From NCBI GenBank assembly GCA_022601445.1, contig JAJACP010000004.1, positions 23,300 through 87,299 of the forward strand: DNA of 64,000 bases, written 5' to 3'. The notes beneath the pieces were generated by a model. It was not told the DNA's origin. It did not search any database and saw nothing but the letters and a program-made list of their open reading frames with translations. Numbering within the stretch: position 1 is the first letter of the stretch; the number at the start of each line of letters is the position of its first letter. Both the position numbers and the translations under genes were made by a program. Source of the stretch: Chlamydiales bacterium. Lineage in GTDB: Bacteria > Chlamydiota > Chlamydiia > Chlamydiales > JAAKFR01. Of the stretch, positions 28,853-38,073 are shown one piece after another.

Positions 28853-28999
28853 CCCAAGAAGCTCAGCTCCTTCTAAATATTTGCGTTAATTGTCAGGTTT
28901 TTTTTATTCAAAGCAATAGAAAAAAATTACGTCTATCTGGTCGGCACAGTATGTTCGAGTATCAATCGTCAAAAAGTCTAAAGAAAGCTGTCAAAGATG

Positions 29000-29025
29000 T
29001 TCCTCCCCTCAGAAGAGGGGAGGAA
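29000..29025. terminator. Hairpin between convergent cydB and the SH3b gene (possible bidirectional terminator)
   Basis: Perfect 11-bp stem ttcctcccctc / gaggggaggaa with loop agaa. The flanking T-runs are weak. Confidence 0.35.
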
Positions 29026-29031
29026 GTTGGA

Positions 29032-30249
29032 TTACTCAACAGAGAGTACGTAGTAAGCAGGAAAGGCGAAGTTGTTATTAGGGCGGGGAGAGGCGGTTAA
29101 TGTGACCCTCTTTCCAACTAAACTCTCAAGATTGATACGCGTACTATAGAGAAACGCCACAGGCAGATTCTCCGCGCGAAGCAGATAGTCACCGGGCTTG
29201 TTCTTCACAGGACGATTGTACACTTCCACGATCCCTGAAAGCAGGGTAGCGTTGAGCTCTTCTTCCTTGTAAAAGTCCTCTTTTGTTCGCTCATCGTGCG
29301 CAACAGCCCACAAATGGAACAGAGATTCTTCTAAGGGCTCCCAAACCAACATTTTATCTGTGCGGTCACCCAAAGCAGAGGCTAGTCCCAAGGTATGTGA
29401 GGTTGCATCAGCGATCTCGATCACATCTTTCTCTTGATAAGCAGGTGGAATCTCGATGCCTAGCTGCGCCAGCTTGTCGAGATGAGTAGGATCGATTTCG
29501 GCGTTGACCGTAGAGCGATTTGCCTTGCTCTCCAAGAACGCTATTTTCTTTTGGACATAGATTTCCTGAATCACAGAGTTCGCTTCATGAGCGCGTGTTG
29601 AAATGTCCGGTAGATCCGAATAATCTTGTTTCAGGTTTTGAAACTTTCCATTAATAGCGTCTAAATCGATCTGCTCGAAAGGTCTTTGAATCTGCGCCTG
29701 GGCAAACATGAAAGCGGAGCTCAGGTGGTGAGTGGCTTCGCGATGCCGTTTTTCCATTTTAGCAATTAATTCAACCGGACCAATGTTATCGACATATTCT
29801 TTGGCAACATAGAAATGGGCCGAATCAGGAAGATCCACTTCTAGCCATTTGTTGTTGATGTCACTAACTGTGGTTTGAATGTGGTCGCCCGTGTTTAGCT
29901 GAGCCACTACAGGCGCTTCAATATCAGGATAAAGACGTACATTGACGTGGTCTCCTTCAACAACGCCGTCTAAAACTAATGTGCGGAAGATGTAGCCTTT
30001 CATCCCTTTTTTCGGCTGAATTGCATAAAAATCACTATCCTCTCCATTGACCGCAAAAAGCTGGCCGGTTCGGGTTTCACATACGACGTGTCCCTCTAAG
30101 CTAGGCTGCGTACGCATGCGCACTTTTGAGCCAATGATTTTTCCAGTGAAGGGTTCAAAGTTTGATGTAGGATGCGCTTCCTCTTGGTCCGCAATCAGAG
30201 TAACGGATGCACAAGCCAGAAGTAGTGTGATGAGCAGTTTTTTTGACAT
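29032..30249 (-). CDS. Secreted protein with two bacterial SH3 (SH3b)-like domains
   Basis: Signal peptide MSKKLLITLLLACASVTLIA. Two segments have the SH3_3-like pattern (GSKVRMRTQPSLEGHVVCETRTGQLFAV; GDHVNVRLYPDIEAPVVAQLNTGDHIQ). Confidence 0.75.
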   Translation of the reverse strand: MSKKLLITLLLACASVTLIADQEEAHPTSNFEPFTGKIIGSKVRMRTQPSLEGHVVCETRTGQLFAVNGEDSDFYAIQPKKGMKGYIFRTLVLDGVVEGDHVNVRLYPDIEAPVVAQLNTGDHIQTTVSDINNKWLEVDLPDSAHFYVAKEYVDNIGPVELIAKMEKRHREATHHLSSAFMFAQAQIQRPFEQIDLDAINGKFQNLKQDYSDLPDISTRAHEANSVIQEIYVQKKIAFLESKANRSTVNAEIDPTHLDKLAQLGIEIPPAYQEKDVIEIADATSHTLGLASALGDRTDKMLVWEPLEESLFHLWAVAHDERTKEDFYKEEELNATLLSGIVEVYNRPVKNKPGDYLLRAENLPVAFLYSTRINLESLVGKRVTLTASPRPNNNFAFPAYYVLSVE

Positions 30250-30344
30250 GGATAACCTCTCTCATTCTCTCATGAGTTATTACCCAAACTTGTAATCGTT
30301 AACGACGAATATATCAAGAGAGAATGTGGAAAATTTGAGTTTTT

Positions 30345-31082
30345 TTAGCTATACAGGACAGCTTTGATGTGCTCGCAATCGTGATGTCCACATGTGCATC
30401 CTATGGGGGTTCCCAAATAAACCGTGTACTGTTCCTTCGGATCTAGGGGATTGGTGACACAAAACATGTTTTTTCCATTGTCTTTGATGTCCCAAGTGCG
30501 AAACGTGAGCTCCTCATCCGAAACAGGCTCTTCCTCAACCACCTCTTTTTTCGAAATGTCGTGAATGACACGCGCTAATTGACAGTGCGTGCAGTTGCAG
30601 TGCGGTTCGGGCTTGGGAAAAGATCCGAGATCTCCACCCAACATCATTTTGGCCATCTCAGAAATTTTCTCTAAAACCTCTTGAGGCATGTCGGGTAAAT
30701 CGGCCTGCGCTTGATTGTGCTGAAAGGCCGTTTCAAGATTTTCCATTCCTGGCATTCCACTGGAAATCCCAAACCGAATCGGCATTCCAGAGAGCTGGTC
30801 GGCTGAAAGACCTGTCATTTGCTGGAGCATCCCTCCCACTGTTTTGGGGTCTTCAGTTGTCGGCTTTTTGCCGAGATGCTTCATATGGGCAGAAAAGGCG
30901 ACATCTACAATAGAAGACTCGATCTCAGGGATTTGCACAACCTTTCCGTCAAGCAAGTGGATAGCTAAAGTAAACTTTTTAGTTTCAGGGTTTTCCTTAG
31001 ATTGTAGGGAAGTCACCTGATCCCATGTTGTCGAGATGTGGGGTGGGATACAAATCAACTTTTCGTCTATTTTTACTTTCAT
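30345..31082 (-). CDS. Hypothetical protein with C-terminal SWIM-type zinc finger
   Basis: 245 aa. The C-terminus GCTCGHHDCEHIKAVLYS fits CxC..CxH with the CxHIxAVL tail typical of SWIM. There is an additional CNCTHC cluster. Confidence 0.65.
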   Translation of the reverse strand: MKVKIDEKLICIPPHISTTWDQVTSLQSKENPETKKFTLAIHLLDGKVVQIPEIESSIVDVAFSAHMKHLGKKPTTEDPKTVGGMLQQMTGLSADQLSGMPIRFGISSGMPGMENLETAFQHNQAQADLPDMPQEVLEKISEMAKMMLGGDLGSFPKPEPHCNCTHCQLARVIHDISKKEVVEEEPVSDEELTFRTWDIKDNGKNMFCVTNPLDPKEQYTVYLGTPIGCTCGHHDCEHIKAVLYS

Positions 31083-31240
31083 GAAGACCTCCTGATTCTA
31101 CCTTATAGTTTACAGAAGAGGGAGATTTCAAGCAAGTATTTTTAGCGCTCATGCTGTCTGAGTGCTAATTTTTGAAGAAAGTTTTTTGTTGATTCTTGGG
31201 GAAACAGCCTCTACATTTCGGAAAAATAGGGGAATCGTTC

Positions 31241-32554
31241 ATGACCAGAAAAACATTTGTAATCGACACCAACGTCTTAGTTCATGACCCGGATGCTCTG
31301 GAGACATTTGGAGACAATGATGTCGCGGTCCCTCTGGCTGTTCTTGAGGAGTTAAGCTCAATGAAGGGATTTCGAGATGAACGGGCAAAAAACGCACGAG
31401 CTGTTTTACGCTACTTTGAATCGCTTAAAGGGCAAGGCGAAGGTGATCTTCATGGGGGGGTGAAGCTTCCAAGTGGAACACGGATTCGGATTCAACTGGA
31501 GGTTAAGGCGAACTACAGCCCGAGTTTTTCTCTCTCACTAAATTCGGCAACTTATCGCATCTTGATGGCCGCCTATTTTCTTTTTGAAAAGGGAGAGAGT
31601 GTGGTCTTTGTATCCAAAGATTTAGCGATGCGGGTCAAAGCTGAGGCAATGGGATTAGAGGCGGAAGACTATGAAAATCAGAAATTTTCATACGACAGTC
31701 TTTACAAGGGGTATCGGAAAATTGAGGTGCCAAAACACGCTATCGATCTGTTTTTTAAAGATGGACGCGTGGCTGTTGATGTTCCAGATGTTACGCTTCT
31801 TCCCAATGAATATTGTCTCATGACTTCTGCTGAACACTCATCGGCGGTGGGAAAGTACGATCCTGTGACCAAACAAGTAACCTCTCTTTTGCAGCTGCCT
31901 AGTAACATATGGGGAATCAATCCGTTAAATGTGGAGCAGAGGTGCGCGCTTGATCTTTTGATGCGTGATGATGTGAAACTGGTCACATTAATTGGACCAG
32001 CTGGAACAGGAAAAACCCTGCTTGCTCTTGCTGCAGGTTTGCGTAAGGTGTTCGATGAGTCGGTCTATTCCCGTATCTTAGTGAGCCGTCCGATTGTGCC
32101 ATTGGGGCGCGATATTGGCTACTTGCCTGGCCTAAAAGAGGAAAAGCTCATTCATTGGATGCAACCGATTTACGATAATCTAGAGTATTTGTGCGAATCG
32201 ACAGGAAGCGAGCCCAATGAGACGTTGCGATGGGTGACAGAGGGAAAAAAATTGGAAATGGAAGCGGTGACCTATATCAGAGGACGGACGCTACCGAAGA
32301 TGTATATCATTATCGATGAGGCGCAGAATTTGACTCCTCATGAGGTTAAAACAGTGATTTCGAGGGCGGGTAAAGGAACAAAGGTAGTTTTGACAGGAGA
32401 TCCTACTCAAATTGACAATCCTTATTTGGATAAAGATTCGAACGGCTTAACTTATATCGTAGGCCGTTTTAAAGAGCAGAAGCTGTTTGGCCATGTGTTT
32501 ATGGAGAAAACGGAACGCTCAGAGTTGGCTGCAATGGCTGCGGAGGTGATGTGA
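31241..32554 (+). CDS. PhoH2-type protein (N-terminal PIN domain fused to PhoH ATPase)
   Basis: PIN start TFVIDTNVLVHDPDAL, Walker A LIGPAGTGKTLLALAAG and Walker B YIIIDEAQN. The likely start is the ATG at 31241; the track ORF begins at 31196 with a non-ATG codon. Confidence 0.9.
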   Translation: MTRKTFVIDTNVLVHDPDALETFGDNDVAVPLAVLEELSSMKGFRDERAKNARAVLRYFESLKGQGEGDLHGGVKLPSGTRIRIQLEVKANYSPSFSLSLNSATYRILMAAYFLFEKGESVVFVSKDLAMRVKAEAMGLEAEDYENQKFSYDSLYKGYRKIEVPKHAIDLFFKDGRVAVDVPDVTLLPNEYCLMTSAEHSSAVGKYDPVTKQVTSLLQLPSNIWGINPLNVEQRCALDLLMRDDVKLVTLIGPAGTGKTLLALAAGLRKVFDESVYSRILVSRPIVPLGRDIGYLPGLKEEKLIHWMQPIYDNLEYLCESTGSEPNETLRWVTEGKKLEMEAVTYIRGRTLPKMYIIIDEAQNLTPHEVKTVISRAGKGTKVVLTGDPTQIDNPYLDKDSNGLTYIVGRFKEQKLFGHVFMEKTERSELAAMAAEVM

Positions 32555-33318
32555 AACAGAAGCGACCTTGGAAAGATTCTTGGTGGCTGCTGGTTCTTTG
32601 TTTGATGCTGTTCACTGCCCTGCGCCTTTTGGCCAAAAAAAAAGGCACTCAGGATTCGTTTGAACATGAGAAGCCAGCTGTGCCTGCCCCTGTTGTTGTT
32701 CAAAATGACTCTCTTCTTTCACATCCTTGGGTTCAAAGTCAGCCTGCAATCAAAGAGCTCAACAAAGAAATGGTGCGCGACCTATGCACACTTCAGGAAG
32801 TGTGTGCCCGCGTAAAAGAATTTCCTCCAGAGGACGTTGAGCAGGCTTTGATGCAAACGCTTACAAAATTGCAAGCACAGGTTCCAGTCTCTTTTCCAGA
32901 AGAACTGTACAATGTGATTTGTATCCCCGATCACACCTGGGTTTCAGCTCCTCTTCCCTTTCAAGTATTTCAACGCCTCTATTTAGGGGAGATGGAGACG
33001 GGTCTACCTTTTTATCTCGATGTGCGCGTGTTTGAAGCGAGTGGAGAAAAAGCGGAGGAGGTCATCGCCTGGCACCTGAATACGCTTGATGGAAATCCAA
33101 AGGAGCAACACCGCTCTGCTCATCGAAAAATTTACACGGCAACCGGGGAAAGAAAACATGACACAGCCCATGGATTTGCAACAGGTCAAAGAGGGCTTTA
33201 TCTCGACTGCATTCAGGACAATGAACGGTTATTTGTTCTTTATGCTGAAGGATCTCTAGCGGCCTTTGAGAAGCAAAATTGTGTGTTCAAACAACTTATA
33301 GGACAAATAGATGGTTAA
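32551..33318 (+). CDS. Hypothetical membrane-anchored protein (255 aa)
   Basis: The GTG start overlaps the phoH2 stop. There is one N-terminal TM helix (WWLLVLCLMLFTALRLLA). No motif recognised. Confidence 0.6.
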   Translation: MKQKRPWKDSWWLLVLCLMLFTALRLLAKKKGTQDSFEHEKPAVPAPVVVQNDSLLSHPWVQSQPAIKELNKEMVRDLCTLQEVCARVKEFPPEDVEQALMQTLTKLQAQVPVSFPEELYNVICIPDHTWVSAPLPFQVFQRLYLGEMETGLPFYLDVRVFEASGEKAEEVIAWHLNTLDGNPKEQHRSAHRKIYTATGERKHDTAHGFATGQRGLYLDCIQDNERLFVLYAEGSLAAFEKQNCVFKQLIGQIDG

Positions 33319-33853
33319 ATGGTTATGGATCGTACTGTGCGCGCTGCCTTTGTTTGGCAGTGAGGATTCACTGCAGCGCCTGATGGAGGGGAATCAACGT
33401 TACGTGCAAGGAGACAAAAAACGGGCAGAGATAGATCAATCACCTTTTGCGGTTGTTGTAGCCTGCTCCGACTCTCGGGTTGCTCCTGAATTGGTTTTTG
33501 ACCAGAGCAGAGGTGAGCTGTTTGTTGTGCGTGTGGCGGGGAATATTGTGGGAGATATTGAAATGGAGAGTATCCGGTTTGCAGTCGAGGCATTGGGCTC
33601 CTCACTTGTGATGGTGATGGGGCACGAGGGGTGTGGCGCTGTTGCCGCTGTGATGGATCATCAGACAAAGACGATTCCGGCACTTGCTTCTTTAATTGAA
33701 CCGGCTGTTAAAGGAAAAAAAACTCTGGAAGCAGGAATCAAGGCAAATGTGGCGCACGTTGTTCGCTATTTGGACCAGTCTCTTAAAGTGGAGGTTGTAG
33801 GAAGTTATTACGATTTTGAGACGGGTAAGGTAGAGCTTGTCAACACCCTCTGA
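33311..33853 (+). CDS. Beta-class carbonic anhydrase with signal peptide
   Basis: CSDSRV, VVRVAGN and GHEGCGAV zinc-ligand motifs. It overlaps the upstream gene by 8 nt. Confidence 0.9.
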   Translation: MVKWLWIVLCALPLFGSEDSLQRLMEGNQRYVQGDKKRAEIDQSPFAVVVACSDSRVAPELVFDQSRGELFVVRVAGNIVGDIEMESIRFAVEALGSSLVMVMGHEGCGAVAAVMDHQTKTIPALASLIEPAVKGKKTLEAGIKANVAHVVRYLDQSLKVEVVGSYYDFETGKVELVNTL

Positions 33854-34022
33854 GTCGAATGGGAAATCGTGTCGAGCTGCGCAAGCTTCCTTTAAATATC
33901 TTTGATCCAAACATAAAGGGGCCTATAGGCACATTGGTAAGACCGCAGCTCGGCAAACATGTGTTGAGGACAATCACAAGCGCCACGATTATCGTGCTCA
34001 CCCGACTGCCGCAGTCAGCTCC

Positions 34023-35132
34023 TTAACTCTTTACAAGCAAGTTTGCAAAGTGCTCTCCAATGGCGCTTTGAATCTGATCATCGAAAGAGATATATCCTGG
34101 TGTGTGCTCCTGTAGCATCCCTGCTTGCAGAATGCCCGACATCAGCAGGGCGCGAATCAGCTGAATCTTTTCGGGGTTGACTGAGTGCTTGTCACCAGTG
34201 AAATTGAGTGGAAATCCACTATTAATCAAATGCACCCTTCCCGTATCCAGATCGAAATGGCAATTCGAGTAAGAGGGAAAATTTTTGCGGAAGTGCACAC
34301 TGTCAAATTCCCGATCAGACGATGAGGCGCTCGCAAGAAGGCATCCCTTTTTGAGCAAGTCGTGGTAGATTTTTGGCAGACTTGTTACTCCCGTACACCC
34401 TATGATTAAATCCACCTCTGGAAGTAGCTGTGCTAAGTTAGGACGAAGGGGGTCCATTTTCTCATAGACTGTCACGTGGTATGCATCCTTCAAGAGGTGA
34501 TGAAACGCAGATCCCAGTGCTCCATTTCCCAAAATTAAAATGTGCTTCGAATCGAGTTGGTGGGTGGGATATCTTTTCACAATCTGCTCCAAAACGAGCT
34601 GTGCGATCCAACTGGGCTCACGCTTCTTCTTTAAAGAGAGATTGGCGATATTGAGCACAGGAAAGGGAAGGGTGCAGTGTTTTAACTTTTCATAACCCGA
34701 TGAGGTCTGCTCAATGCCGACGATTTTCGGCGATAGGTGATCGAAATAACGAATGATGCCCGAAAGGAGGTGCCCGCCATCGTCCAGTACAATATACCGG
34801 TCATAATCGCGTTTTCGTTTAAAGCAATCGACCAAAAATTGTAAAACAATTTTATCTAGCAGAAAATCATACGAGCAGTGCGAGTCAAAAAAACCACTCA
34901 GTGAACTGACATAAATTCCTTCTTGTTGCATGCGCTTTGCCACATGCTCATTGGTTGAGTAACACTTTCCTAAAATACAAACATTTTCAGGGTCAAGATC
35001 ATAGGCATACAAAGCTTGGAACATAGAGTGGGTTGTTTCCAGAATGTGTTGCAGCGAAAGAATGCATGTGCGTTTCAACGCATTCCCATTTGGAAAAAGA
35101 GATTTTGTAAATTCTATAAGTGGTAGTTTCAT
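34023..35132 (-). CDS. Divergent S-adenosylhomocysteine-hydrolase-fold (AdoHcyase-like) NAD-binding protein, paralogue P1
   Basis: By-eye collinear matches to SAHH blocks: IVLDDGGHL (DDGGD), GIEQTSSGYEKL (EETTTGV), FPVLNIANLSLKKK (PAINVNDSVTKSK), ILILGNGALGSAF (VAGYGDVGKG), DLIIGCTGV (IFVTTTG) and LASASSSDREF (NIGHFDxEI). Confidence 0.65.
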   Translation of the reverse strand: MKLPLIEFTKSLFPNGNALKRTCILSLQHILETTHSMFQALYAYDLDPENVCILGKCYSTNEHVAKRMQQEGIYVSSLSGFFDSHCSYDFLLDKIVLQFLVDCFKRKRDYDRYIVLDDGGHLLSGIIRYFDHLSPKIVGIEQTSSGYEKLKHCTLPFPVLNIANLSLKKKREPSWIAQLVLEQIVKRYPTHQLDSKHILILGNGALGSAFHHLLKDAYHVTVYEKMDPLRPNLAQLLPEVDLIIGCTGVTSLPKIYHDLLKKGCLLASASSSDREFDSVHFRKNFPSYSNCHFDLDTGRVHLINSGFPLNFTGDKHSVNPEKIQLIRALLMSGILQAGMLQEHTPGYISFDDQIQSAIGEHFANLLVKS

Positions 35133-35192
35133 TTTTTTCCGAAAAAATGTTTAATAAGAAGGAGTTTTTCGCAAAACGTGCATTTTGTGTTA

Positions 35193-35207
35193 CGGTAAAA
35201 ATTACCG
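35193..35207. promoter_or_regulatory. Palindrome in the divergent promoter between P1 and the LuxR gene (candidate operator)
   Basis: cggtaa-aaa-ttaccg, with perfect 6-bp arms, about 50 nt upstream of the LuxR ATG. Confidence 0.25.
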
Positions 35208-35256
35208 AATGCTGTTGTAAAGTTTTGATTTTAAATGGAGTTATATTGGTTTAGGG

Positions 35257-36015
35257 ATGAACAACTTAATAGAACTGATCCGACGGTACACGATTCAGCA
35301 TGACCAGAAAATTAAAAAAATCTGCGAACCGCTGCAACACATAGGAATCTCAACCTATGCCTACTATTCGATCAAGCATGATGGAAGCTTTGTGATTTTA
35401 TCTAACTATCCAAAGCAGCTTGAGTTTTTTTATGGCGAGAAACTGTATTTGACTTGCCCTTACTTAAAGCATCCGAGGCTTTATCGCTCAGGGTTGGATT
35501 TGATTCCATTGACTCCCCACGAGGAGCATCAGGAGACGTCAAGGCAGGTCTATCAGATCGACCACCTTCTTCTGATGATTCAACAGGTAGGGGGAGGTAT
35601 GGAGGGCTTTTTCTATACCAAAGAGAACTTGGGAGCTGAAGATGGGCGTATCTTTCTTCCTAAATTAGCGCTTCTCAGGCGTTTTAATAGCTACTTCAAA
35701 CGGGAAGCTAGAGGCCTGATTGAGGCGGCATTTGCGGATGGTTTTAACATTGGCAAAGTGCGAGGAAGAGGGTTTTTTGAACGGGAGTCTCATCTTCCTT
35801 TGTCGAGCGACCATGATGAGACAGAGCGGTTTTTAAAACAGGTTTGTGCTCTATCTCAACAGGAAGAGAGCTGTTTGAATTTGTTTCAGCAAGGACACTC
35901 GGCTCAGTCAACAGCAGCTTTGATGGGCATCTCACAACGTACTGTCGAGCACTACTTTGAGAATATCAAGAACAAGCTCGGGTGTTCAACGAAGGGAGAG
36001 CTTCTAAACTGGTGA
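35257..36015 (+). CDS. LuxR-family transcriptional regulator (C-terminal GerE-type HTH; N-terminal sensor-like domain of unknown type)
   Basis: The C-terminus LSQQEESCLNLFQQGHSAQSTAALMGISQRTVEHYFENIKNKLGCSTKGELL is a typical LuxR/GerE HTH. The roughly 180-aa N-terminal domain is unassigned. Confidence 0.8.
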   Translation: MNNLIELIRRYTIQHDQKIKKICEPLQHIGISTYAYYSIKHDGSFVILSNYPKQLEFFYGEKLYLTCPYLKHPRLYRSGLDLIPLTPHEEHQETSRQVYQIDHLLLMIQQVGGGMEGFFYTKENLGAEDGRIFLPKLALLRRFNSYFKREARGLIEAAFADGFNIGKVRGRGFFERESHLPLSSDHDETERFLKQVCALSQQEESCLNLFQQGHSAQSTAALMGISQRTVEHYFENIKNKLGCSTKGELLNW

Positions 36016-36045
36016 GAAAAATCGTCAGTATGTTATTCCTTTTGC

Positions 36046-37122
36046 ATGCTAACAAAGACCCATGAAGCGCTTCTAGACGCCTGGGGAGCTCTCGATCAAA
36101 CGGGAGCTCCTTTCCTTTGGCAGTGGCGTGAACATGTAGCCCAAGCACGTCCTTACGCTGGTATGAAGGTTTACCACAATATCCCGCTTTCCATAGAGGC
36201 TGTCTGTAAAATCGATGCTTTGTGTGAGGCAGGTGCAGAGGTGGTTGTCAGCTCCACAGATTTTCTGATCCCAGCGACCCTACCCCACGCACGTGAGTTA
36301 ATTGAGACTGCAGGAATCGAGTTTCGAGAGAGTAAATGGGCCAAGCCCGGGGAGTTTGATTTCTATCTCGATTGCTCGGCTGAACTCTCCGTTCTTCCCC
36401 CACCCAAAAGAAGTGTTGTGGAATTGACCCGCACAGGCGCACTTGTCTATGAGAAGAAGAGTTTTTCGGTGCCCATCCTTTCCGTTGATAACAGCTCTTT
36501 GAAAGTGCTGGAGACCTACTATGGGACAGGTGAAGCTTTTTTGCGCGCCTTTAAGGCTCTTTCGGGTAAGAATGTTAGGGACGAAACCTTTGTTTTATTT
36601 GGCTACGGGAAGGTAGGTCAAGGAGTGGCGCATGCGATCCAAAAGGCAGGAGGAGCGTGCCAGGTGGTCGAAATTGAGCCACGTGCGCGGGCATGTGCAC
36701 AAGAGCATGGGTGTGCTTCTTTTGGGAACGACATAGAGGGTCTACGTGCCGTGGAGAGCGCTTCAGTTGTGGTGACGGCCACGGGGTGCAAAGAAAGTCT
36801 GAGGAGTTCTTTTCCCACGATTCAAAACCATCTAGCGGGAAAAATACTCTGTAACATGGGAGCGGATGATGAAATTGGGAAAGGGTTTGCAGGAGCTCAC
36901 ATTTTAGCAGATGGACATCCGATTAACTTTACTCTTCAGCACCCCACTTTGATGAAGTACTTGGATCCTTCTCTGTATGCACATAACTTAGGGATTCAAG
37001 TTGTGCAAGAGAGGGAGTTTAAACCTGGATTTCATCCATTTCCGCAAGATTTAGATCTGGACATCGTCCAGAGGTGGGCAGAGATCCACGGAGAATCTGT
37101 AGATCCCATACTTGACTATTGA
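36046..37122 (+). CDS. Divergent SAHH-fold (AdoHcyase-like) NAD-binding protein, paralogue P2
   Basis: Collinear SAHH blocks: MKVYHNIPLSIEAVCKIDALCEAGAEVVVSS, VELTRTGA, PILSVDNSSLKVLETYYGTGEAF, FVLFGYGKVGQGVAHAIQKAGGACQVVEIEP (compare GYGDVGKG...TEIDP), VVVTATGCKE and ILCNMGADDEI. It begins 30 nt after the LuxR gene. Confidence 0.75.
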   Translation: MLTKTHEALLDAWGALDQTGAPFLWQWREHVAQARPYAGMKVYHNIPLSIEAVCKIDALCEAGAEVVVSSTDFLIPATLPHARELIETAGIEFRESKWAKPGEFDFYLDCSAELSVLPPPKRSVVELTRTGALVYEKKSFSVPILSVDNSSLKVLETYYGTGEAFLRAFKALSGKNVRDETFVLFGYGKVGQGVAHAIQKAGGACQVVEIEPRARACAQEHGCASFGNDIEGLRAVESASVVVTATGCKESLRSSFPTIQNHLAGKILCNMGADDEIGKGFAGAHILADGHPINFTLQHPTLMKYLDPSLYAHNLGIQVVQEREFKPGFHPFPQDLDLDIVQRWAEIHGESVDPILDY

Positions 37123-37124
37123 GC

Positions 37125-37155
37125 AAAAAAAAGAGGACACCTAAAAGGTGTCCTC
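37125..37155 (-). terminator. Rho-independent terminator of OMP paralogue 1
   Basis: On the minus strand: gaggacacc-tttta-ggtgtcctc followed by T8. The 33-bp block aaaaaaaagaggacacctaaaaggtgtcctcat is repeated identically at 38008-38040. Confidence 0.85.
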
Positions 37156-37178
37156 ATTCATTAAGGGATCTCTTCTGC

Positions 37179-37922
37179 CTAGTAGCAGCAGAGGTCACCA
37201 AATCTATAGTTGACCATGATACGTCCGACCCAAGCTGCGTCGCTTAAGCTAAAGTGAAATCCGTTAAAGCTCTCACTGTTATGACAGAAATGTAGAGTCA
37301 GGAGTTCAACTCCAAAAGACCAGCTGCATCCGAGATCATATTCCATCCCAGCACCTCCGGCCCATCCCCACTTTGTATCGCAGCGGTTAAATCTGCGGTC
37401 ACTTGTGGTTCCGTTTAGATTACGCCATTCGTTGTCAAAGCTTGCCACAGCGGCCCCTGCAGTGACGTAGAGAAGGGCATCATTGCAAACCATCAGGCCT
37501 GCGCGTGCGCGAATTGTGGTGAACCAGTCGAAATCGTTTTTAATAAAACGATCGCTTGTGGCTGTTTGTGTGCCAAATAAACGCTCTTTGTGATCGACGT
37601 TGACCCAGTTCCAATCCACAACCAATCCAAGTACAGAGTTGCAGCACTGCCAGTCGTAGCCAAGTTGGATACCTAGTGTAATATCGGTGTTACATCGATC
37701 AAAACTGAGAACGTTATCATCAAAGAAACCATCTAGATCATTTCGGTACGCCATATGGCTAGCGACACCTATGTTTCCACCCAAGTAGAAACCCTCAAAT
37801 CCTGTTTCACAGCAGTACGGGTCGTACGACTGTGGTGGGCAGCTGTAGTAATCAGAAGCGATTGCCTGCCCCGCTGAGAGTACTCCAGCAAGGGCTAATG
37901 CACAAAAAAGAACCTTTTTCAT
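37179..37922 (-). CDS. Cysteine-rich outer-membrane beta-barrel protein, paralogue 1
   Basis: Signal peptide MKKVLFCALALAGVLSAGQAIA, alternating beta-strand pattern, a C-terminal aromatic residue (YRFGDLCCY), and CC pairs near both termini. Confidence 0.85.
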   Translation of the reverse strand: MKKVLFCALALAGVLSAGQAIASDYYSCPPQSYDPYCCETGFEGFYLGGNIGVASHMAYRNDLDGFFDDNVLSFDRCNTDITLGIQLGYDWQCCNSVLGLVVDWNWVNVDHKERLFGTQTATSDRFIKNDFDWFTTIRARAGLMVCNDALLYVTAGAAVASFDNEWRNLNGTTSDRRFNRCDTKWGWAGGAGMEYDLGCSWSFGVELLTLHFCHNSESFNGFHFSLSDAAWVGRIMVNYRFGDLCCY

Positions 37923-38007
37923 ATTGCCTATCTCCTAGGAATTTTGTTCTGCTTTCAGGTATAGCAGAATCGCTACATTTTTTTGAAGAAGGCATATGTG
38001 AGGCAAG

Positions 38008-38038
38008 AAAAAAAAGAGGACACCTAAAAGGTGTCCTC
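38008..38038 (-). terminator. Rho-independent terminator of OMP paralogue 2
   Basis: Identical hairpin plus T8 as at 37125-37155. Confidence 0.85.
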
Positions 38039-38073
38039 ATAACTAGTAAAGAGTACAGTTTGGTTTGATCTGC

